From the NCBI RefSeq assembly GCF_006345805.1, contig NC_043017.1, positions 15,376,001 to 15,440,000 on the forward strand: a stretch of DNA of 64,000 nt. Reading direction: 5' to 3'. The notes beneath the pieces were generated by a model. The model was not told where the DNA came from and did no database searches. It worked only from the letters and a program-made list of their open reading frames with translations. Positions 54,708-64,000 of the stretch are shown one piece after another. A program made the position numbers and the translations under genes. Each line of letters starts with the position of its first letter. The stretch's first letter is position 1. The stretch is from Octopus sinensis (taxonomy: Eukaryota).

Positions 54708-55299
54708 GTATCTTTCCACAACAGTATGCATGCATGTATGTATGTACGTATGTATGTGTAAGAGGTAAAAAGGCTAAAAAGGAGAATATGATGTATAAGA
54801 GGGCCTTGTGTTTACATAAAAACTAATATTCGTTAGTATGTATTAAATATAAGGCAGAAAAACATAAGCACTTATCTGGAGTTAAAATGTCTAATCTCCT
54901 GACTTATCTATAAAGGGAACGTCTCTGATAGTCTTTTACTTATATTTTCAAATAACCGTTATAGCCCTTGGTTATATATCCAGCATGACTCTCATCTCTT
55001 TTTCACAAGGATAAACGTATGAATATCCTAGATTCAATTCTTCTGCTATATTCTTTCTCAAGTTCATTGAAATTTTGTTTAAACTTCCTGCGAGATATAT
55101 AATTAAAGTAATTTAATGAATTTAATCTAATTCAGTTCAGTCATGAATTTACATTATTTTTATAGCTCTGTACAAAACGATCGTCTGCGTGTGTTAAAAT
55201 TCTCTTATATATTTTAACAACTTGTCTCTTCCATTTTTAACTAAATTGATGAGTTTTATGGGACTTCTTTCTTCACCACACATCATATATATATATATG

Positions 55300-55384
<85 letters not shown>

Positions 55385-55503
55385 GCATCCTTTTTGTCTC
55401 GGGAGACAATGGAGTTGCGCATAAAGTAGTCTAGTCCGGCTTTTACATTTCATGTCCTGATACATTTCCTGCTGTGTCTGTGTAGTGTAGTGTAGTGATA
55501 AGT

Positions 55504-55558
<55 letters not shown>

Positions 55559-55598
55559 TACATACATACATGCATACATACATACATACATACATACA

Positions 55599-55670
<72 letters not shown>

Positions 55671-56796
55671 AAGAGAGAGAGAGATACAAATGTATTGTCA
55701 TATAATGATGCAGAAGAGAGAGAAAGCTGGAACATCTCGAGTTCGTCTCTGATGCACAAAATAAATTCCGTTCCTTTTATACGTGGCATTTAATGGATAA
55801 AGTTGGTAAAAAGAAATTTTAAAAACCCATCCTTTTTAGAAAAATTTAAACAGTTGGCACCAAGAGTAAAGAGAACCCTTGTGAAAGGCAAAGATTAATT
55901 CAGTCCTTGCTGCCCCACTCATGCAAAGTGTATCGGCTAAGGGGCGAAACGCTTGTGGCCTTGAGATAATGTGAAAAGCTTTCCGATATTGCGATGGATT
56001 CCGAAAAAGGCATGCGATACCTCTGAGTAACTGGTGTAGTTTTTTCATAGAGCAAAGTTTCTCTGATGCTGAAAAGAGCAAGTGATAGGAGAGACAATGA
56101 AAATATGAGGGAACCATCAGTCAACACGATACATGCGTGTGTGTATACATATGTTGGTGGGTATATGTGGCGGGGGTGGATAGAGAAGCTGTACGTGTCA
56201 AAGCTGTTGTCAATAAATATTCTTCCTTTTCTCAGTGATTTTTAATTAAATATTTCCATTCGAACGCGTGCAATGGCGATTCACCATTTTTGTTTCTATT
56301 TCAAACAACCTCATCAGACCACTTGTTATATTTTCTCTCGTAGAAGCTTTTGATAAGAATATTCCAATATTCCTGCTGCTGAATTAGCTCTGTATTAATA
56401 ACAAATGAAATATCCTTATATATTTCTCTCGGGGCAAAATTTCCCCCAGATGTCGCGGTATATTGTTTGTTTTCCACAGACAAGCAACTTAATCATTATT
56501 CCGATCGTATTTTGGACAGTTCAATGGCTTCGTTCTCTCCTTTCCTTTGTTAAATGCTTTGGAGCTACCTCCTGCTCCTTCAATACAAAAGCACAGATTT
56601 CGAATGTAGAAGTCACGAAGAATATGAGAAGATACACTTGTCAATTGTAGCCTCATCCTCGTCTTTACAGAAAACAACCATTTTCACCATACGCAGCATG
56701 TACATACATACATACATAAATACGTACGTACATATATATACATACATATACATATGTGTGTGTGTGAGAGAGAGAGAGAGAGAGTATGTATGTGTG

Positions 56797-56831
<35 letters not shown>

Positions 56832-56834
<3 letters not shown>

Positions 56835-57668
56835 CAGACATGGCCGAAGTAAATAGACACCCTTATAATTATTAAAATTTATTTAAATCTGAAATTATAC
56901 ATTCAAATTATTTATTAATTATTACAACGTGAATATCTAATATTTAGTAGACGTGCCCTTTGAATTCTTAAATGCAAGGACCCTATTAGGCATGCTACTG
57001 ATCAGATGATGAATATTCTCTTGCCAAGTTTCATGCAGTAATCTCAACAGATCTGGCTCGTCTATTATGCCTCAGAGGTGTTCAATTGGGTTCGTATCTG
57101 CTGATTGGCTTGGCCACGGAAGCTTTTTAATGCCATTCTCTTCCAACCAATCTTGAGTCTTTTTAGCCGTGTGAATAAATAAAGAGTTTTCTTTAATAAT
57201 TTCATCACTGGAGAAAATTGGAAGAAGTCCTTTCTGCAATATGGACACAAACTTATGTTTCTCTCACACACTCCACCAGCTCTGATCAACCATTGCTCCA
57301 AATTGCTCCCCAGACCATCACAGAAGAGCTGCTGTGTTTCATTATTGGCAACAATGTTTTCACGTCAAATTCTTAATCACAGAATCTCCAGACCCACACT
57401 CGACCACTCTCAGAAAATACAGCAAATCTGGACTCATTGGAGAATATGACAATGTCCCGAAATGCCAGTGGCCTTTTCCACCTTCTCACTGACCAAATCT
57501 TCTCTCCGCTTGATGTTGGCTGGTCGAAGAAGTGGCTTCCTTCTTGCTGCTCTACCATAGTATCCAAGTTTATGGAGATATTTGAGAGCTGTTCTTGGAC
57601 TGACATCAACTTGTTCTGCTATGTCAGAGACCTTGCAACGGGAATTATTCTCTAAACTTTCCTTTAAA
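56832..57668 (-). mobile_element. Tc1-family DNA transposon relic (transposase pseudogene plus one terminus)
   Basis: [71 protein letters not shown] end at ~56833. Confidence 0.88.
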
Positions 57669-59332
57669 AAGTGTGCGTGTGTGCATGCGCGTGCGTGGCG
57701 CGCCATGTGTGTATGCCATTCTATTTATTCCGGAAATATTAAAAGAAGAATCTTAGGAATATCTTCCAAGCTTCAACTGTGCCATTGATTGGTTGAACCT
57801 AGCGGAAGTTAGGTAACTTACCCAGCATTCCGAGATTTTTAAATAAACCTTTCGTGCCACAACCTATAAAACCAGTTTGACAATAACTACAACTGGATAC
57901 AAATAAACTAGCTACCTTAGCTGTAGCGCGTTCCGTCCAAACACATTGGTGACTTACAGATTTACCGCTGCTTCTACAATCCCTAACATAGACTCTATCA
58001 ATTTATATAGGTCCAAGGTACAAATATTACTTGATTATCTCTAATAATAGTGATAATGTCTGGTAGTGCTGATAATGCCCATTAACACGGATAATGTGTT
58101 ATAGTACTGGTAACGCGTGACAGTGTTAATGTCTGCTAGTACTGATAATATATGAGAGAACTGATAAGGCGTAACAGTAGCGATAACGTAAATTAATAAT
58201 CGATTTGATAATGTTTGGCGGAACTGATAATGTCTGTTCATCGATGAAAAGTTCTAACAAGCAGAAACATATCTACAGTTGCTTCCCTTTATTGCCAACA
58301 TCAGAATCCCTCACCAGTTCTTTCGATTCCTAATTTCCGTCAACTATAATTTCACGCTTGCTTTCCCTGTCTTTCTTGTCAAACTGATTATTTTTTGCCT
58401 TCTCCAATTTTAATGTATTTATTAATTCAGTAAAATTTCATGATTCACTGACATCAAGTATGTTACCACTGACCTAACTGTCTGGTTTTCATACAGAGCT
58501 CGTCTCTGGTTAATTCTTCCTACTTCCCTTACTAATACGGTAAAATAACAAAAGGCAGAACTACTTCCTTACACACAAAGCCCAGATAAAAGATTTGATG
58601 CAACCAGATTTATGATAAGATACAAATTAAACGAGACGCTCGGGTTGCGTATTAAATGTTTGCTTCTTAATTAGAATTACAGTTTTGGTGTTTGAGTGAC
58701 AGAATGGTAAATACAGCAGACGAGATGAGAAGGGGGAGATAAGTGAGCAGGGGGAGATAAGTGGGTAGGGGAAGAAACGTGAGAAGAGAAAGCCAGAAAT
58801 GGTTCAGAGACGAGCATAAACAGGAATGATGCTTCTTAAGAAACGCCAGCATGTAGTCTGCAGCTTCGAATTGCAGAGTGATGGTATAGTCCGGTCAGAT
58901 GTATCTGTGAGAGGATCTTCACTCACATTTCACGGCCCCGTTCACAACTCAACTCGCGCAACAATGCTACATAATTAAACGTGTAGTACATTGCTTTGTT
59001 GATTTCTTTTAGTCATTACCAATTAAGCGATTCTAATCAAACTAAATAGAAGACTATAGTAGATTATAGAACCTTCAGTCTTAGAATCCTAGTTAAATGG
59101 TAATCATGCTTAGAAAGATTTCCAAGGAATTCCTGGGCTGAGGTTTAGATAAGAGGGGGGTTAAGCAGAACGTTGTCTTTTGAGTTCGATCTCACTACTT
59201 CGTGTAAGTTGACAAATTCCACGGAAGTGGACACAAAATAGTGCAAAGCTTTTAAAGAGATGTACGTAGAAACAAATGTATATACATACGTACATGCATA
59301 TATATATAAGTATATATATGTGTGTATATATA

Positions 59333-59363
<31 letters not shown>

Positions 59364-59384
59364 GTAAGTATATATATGTGTGTA

Positions 59385-59435
<51 letters not shown>

Positions 59436-59730
59436 CACGCGCGCGCATACATACATATACACATAGAGAGAGATAGGGGAGAAGAGAAACTACAGTACTA
59501 GTTGTATAAAGGAATTCTAAAATACAAGATACATCAGCTGGTATAACACCGCTTCTACTCTTAACTCCTCCCCACACCCACGCCTTTGCCGAGCACAGGC
59601 ATTACCATGGCTATTATGTGAATGCTGAACGCAGCAGTTACACACTATATGCACATGCACTTATAAAAAGAAAACTATTAAACTACATACGTATATGCAT
59701 ACCTGCGTACATACACCCATACGTACATAT

Positions 59731-59880
<150 letters not shown>

Positions 59881-60125
59881 GTATGTGCCTGTATATGTAT
59901 GTGATTCCCAAAAAACAAGCCTGCTATTTGCTTTTGTCGAATAATTTTCCCCACCAAAAATGGCAGATAATTTCTCCCTGAGGGAAATATGAGCGCGTGA
60001 TTGCATGGCAGGAAGGGAATACATGGAAACAAGCTCACTGTACAAGGCTGTTGTTAATACATATCTGCGTGGCGTGTGTACATACTATAATATATATATA
60101 TATAGATATATATATATATATATAT

Positions 60126-60167
<42 letters not shown>

Positions 60168-60695
60168 GAGTGTGTATGGATATGTCTGTTTCTCTGTATG
60201 TATTTGTGTAAGTGTGTAGCAGTGTGTATATGGGTGTATATCATTATGTGTATATACGAATGTTTGCAGGTAGTTCTATGGTTGTGTTTAATATGTGTCT
60301 GTACATTGATATACCTGCTTCCATGGATATATGAAATATATGTGTGTGTATATATATATGGGTGTGTGTGTGTATGTATGTATGTATATATATATGTGTG
60401 TGTATATATATATATGTGTGTGTATATATATATGTATATATGTGTGTGTGTGTGTATCTATATGTGTGTATGTACATATGTGTGTTTATGTATATATACA
60501 TCTATCTATAGATAGATAGATAGATAGATATAGATATATGTATGACTGGATGGATGTATGCATGTGCTTCTGTATTCCAGCACACACGCACACAAGAATA
60601 TATACAAATATAAATAGCTCAAACTTCCCCTCCTTCTCTCCCTCCCCCTCGGTGTCGGTATGTATATATATGTATATGTATGTATATATATATAA

Positions 60696-60746
<51 letters not shown>

Positions 60747-61014
60747 AATATACATACATACGTAATCTTTCTGTCTCTCCCTCTTTCTCTTTCTCTTTCG
60801 CTTTATATAAAAATATACAAAATTACATTCACACATAAAACATACACACATACATACATATATACATATATACATCATACATACAACATACGTACTACGT
60901 TCGTACATACAAATGTACATGCCCACATGCATAGGTGCCCTGTCATTGTAATATATTCAATACACTAATTCAGAGACGCGCATTCCCTACGTGTGCGTTA
61001 TATATAAATGTGTT

Positions 61015-61075
<61 letters not shown>

Positions 61076-61125
61076 AGATGGATGGATTGATGATAGATAG
61101 ATACATAGATACATAGATAGATAGG

Positions 61126-61207
<82 letters not shown>

Positions 61208-61654
61208 TGCATACATGCGTACATAGCTCAACAAACAGAACTTCTTGATAAAAGTACAATTACTCAGCATAAATTAGGTTAGCTGAGTTAATCCAGCTGG
61301 GATTTTCCGCTAATCAAAGGGGATTATATCTGCATCCCCACATCAAACATAATAAACCCAAGTTTTCTCTCACTTTCAGGCGAAACTAGTTTTTTTTTCT
61401 TTCTCTCTCTCTCTTTTCTTTTAGTCATTTCTCTGTTATTTCTTAGATAATAATTACATCTCTTTGTCCAGCATTTAGTCTTCTTCTCGGTCCACTAAAC
61501 GTATTTTTCATTCTCTGGAGAGCAAAGTAATGACCTGATAATACTATTGTGAAACATTACGTTTTATTTCCGCCATGTTCACGTTACTTTGGATTACCAA
61601 AACCCTCAGATAAAGAACTTTCCTTTATATATTTCTTCTGCAAGTATATATATA

Positions 61655-61816
61655 GGTGCAGGAGTGGTTGTGTGGTAAGTAGCTTGCTAAACAACCACAT
61701 GGTTCCGGGTTCAGTCCCACTGCGTGGCATCTTGGGCAAGTGTCTTCTGCTATAGCCCGGGCCGACCAATACCTTGTGAGTGGATTTGGTAGACGGAAAC
61801 TGTCGTATATATGTAT

Positions 61817-61849
<33 letters not shown>

Positions 61850-62072
61850 CTGTGTCTGTGTTTGTTCCCCTAGTGTGTCTGTGTTTGTCCCCCTGCTTGA
61901 CAACCGGTGTGTTTACGCCCCGTCACTTAGCGGTTCGGCAAAAGAGACCGATAGAATAAGTACTGGGCTTACAAAGAATAAGTTCCGGGTCGATTTGCTC
62001 GACTAAAGGCGGTGCTCCAGCATGGCCACAGTCAAATGACTGAAACAAGTAAATGAGTAAAGAGTAAAGAGT
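61655..62072 (+). mobile_element. SINE family 2, full length
   Basis: Same head, internal microsatellite and tail as 40107-40552. Confidence 0.92.
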
Positions 62073-62096
62073 ATATTCAGAGAGAGGGTGGGGAGA

Positions 62097-62189
<93 letters not shown>

Positions 62190-62505
62190 CTATACAATAT
62201 ATATATACATATATATTTATATTTATATCCTGTAAATAATAATAATGCTATTTTTTATATAAGCTTAAATCTTATGGTGATCACCGTGCAATGATTAAGG
62301 AAAATAGTCTAATAAAGGGGCATAGAAGCCCTCGTTAGAAAAAGGAAGGCTTTCCTATCCGCAGGATTGTAAATCACAACGCCGTAATAAAAAAAACCAT
62401 TGGAACCGAAAACACACACACACACATATACGTGAAAATATATACGCGCGTACATGTCGAACGATGAAAATGAGTGCTCAATACCATATTGGTGAATAAT
62501 AAGTA

Positions 62506-62686
62506 ATTACTCGTGTACTAAGGCTACCATTGGTTTCATGCTAAGAAAATATATTTTATTTGCTTTTTCTCTCGTGTTTTAATTCAAAATGGAGACGAAT
62601 ACCAATTTCTCCATGTGTTCGGTTTGAAAAATTGTTAAGATATTTGCTTGACATGAAACCAATGGTAGCCTCAATACACAAATAAA
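62506..62686. repeat. Inverted repeat, ~45 bp arms with a perfect 20 bp core
   Basis: aggctaccattggtttcatg (62521-62540) / catgaaaccaatggtagcct (62652-62671). Confidence 0.88.
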
Positions 62687-63149
62687 AGTGTGTGTTTGTG
62701 TGTATGTGTGTGTGCGTGCGTATGTGTGTGTATGTGTGTATATATATGTGTGCGTGCGTTTATTTATTCTGTTGCATCCTTAAATCGTGGCCAGATGTTT
62801 CAACTTGCCTCTCCACACAGAAATTCTTCATAACTATAATTATTTATTTCAAGCACAGGGTATACATTATTTGTAAGAGACACATTTATTGTATACTTCT
62901 TTAAGTACTATTCAGGTTTCAATAAAAAAAAATGTAAAACTTAATTAATACCATTCCAACTACGTTAGTCCAGTTAGTATACAATACAGTGGAGTATATA
63001 TAAGTCATCGCATTACTACGGTGTATATCTGTTTATATACTGTATTATGTATATATGATTTATATAAAGTATGCTATGTATAGAATTTATATGCTATCAT
63101 AGATCTCTGTTAATATAGACTGCTTGATGAATACGAGGTGGGAATGAAA

Positions 63150-63346
63150 TACGAGGTGGGAATGGAAAGTTCCTGGCTTTGGATAAAAGAAAATACAGGA
63201 GAAGGACCAGTATATTGTGATTTTATTCCCTTCTCAGATTCACATACTTATTGCAGTTAATCGGTTTTTCTAAGCCTGTAAAAGAACTGAGGAGGTTGGG
63301 TCTTTCTCAACACCCTTAAAGCCAGGAATTTTTCAGCACCCTCTCC
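63150..63346. mobile_element. Mariner-derived MITE
   Basis: tacgaggtggg..gaaagttcctggcttt / aaagccaggaatttttcagcaccctc. Homologous to 24590-24785. Confidence 0.78.
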
Positions 63347-63587
63347 TATATATGATTTATATGAAAAATGATGTATATATATTTAACATGATTTATGATA
63401 TATGCATAATTTATATAAAATACGTTGTATATATAACAGTATTATACATACATCGTCAAATTTAGGGAAAGAAATGTTTCCGCTGAATAAACAAGCATTT
63501 CTGAAGCACGTTTACAACCTGAATCCGGAAATGCCGTTCGTTTTTACCAACCACGTCAGGACCTTAGTGTGCACACGTTCTTGAATT

Positions 63588-63623
<36 letters not shown>

Positions 63624-63799
63624 TCACACAAATGTTGTTTTCCTTTGATTTTACATCCTGGTCTGACTTTGGAGCTGTGGTCCAAAGTGTGAAACATGCT
63701 TCATTATCTCCCTTTACATAAACTATAATAAGATTATGAATATAAATGATTCTGTGCAAAGGTAGTTCGATTAATTACAGAAAGGTTTCGGCAGAAATA

Positions 63800-63886
63800 G
63801 TGGGCGGGGGCGTCGGCGGGGGCGGGGGCGGGGGCGGGGGCGGGGGCGGGGGCGGGGGCGGGGGCGGGGGCGGGGGCGGGGGCGGC
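63800..63886 (+). repeat. (GGGGGC)n hexamer run, G-quadruplex-prone
   Basis: Directly visible. Confidence 0.93.
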
Positions 63887-64000
63887 TCTGTCAACGATAG
63901 AGAAATCCAAAAGGAGGCCTAAAAACGGTTTAACACTGCTCCAAGGTCAGACCAGGACATAGACTCAAGGAAATCTAGATTTTTGTGAATAATCATGGTT

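Overview
AT-rich, microsatellite-saturated eukaryotic non-coding DNA, either intergenic or deep intronic. The SINE families and repeat landscape look like an octopod cephalopod genome (inference, not verified). I found no intact host gene, tRNA/rRNA or CRISPR array, and nearly all listed ORFs are translations of simple repeats. The recognisable content is mobile DNA: a ~4.5 kb internally rearranged Tx1-clade LINE sitting in a (GATA)n tract; two CR1/L2-type LINE 3' fragments; four R4/Dong-type restriction-like-endonuclease LINE fragments; RTE scraps; a Penelope-like element; Tc1/mariner relics and MITEs; Helitron/Helentron-like non-autonomous elements, one duplicated as a near-identical 1.19 kb tandem; and about 20 copies of two tRNA-derived SINE families. 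The most notable observations are: (1) one SINE subfamily carries a 3' tail matching the Tx1 3' end and inserts at GGTATYT sites resembling the Tx1 (TATC)n target; (2) the second SINE family shares its tail with the CR1-like LINE; (3) minimal Penelope-type hammerhead ribozyme motifs; (4) several long fold-back hairpins embedded in microsatellites. Element boundaries were read by eye and are approximate.
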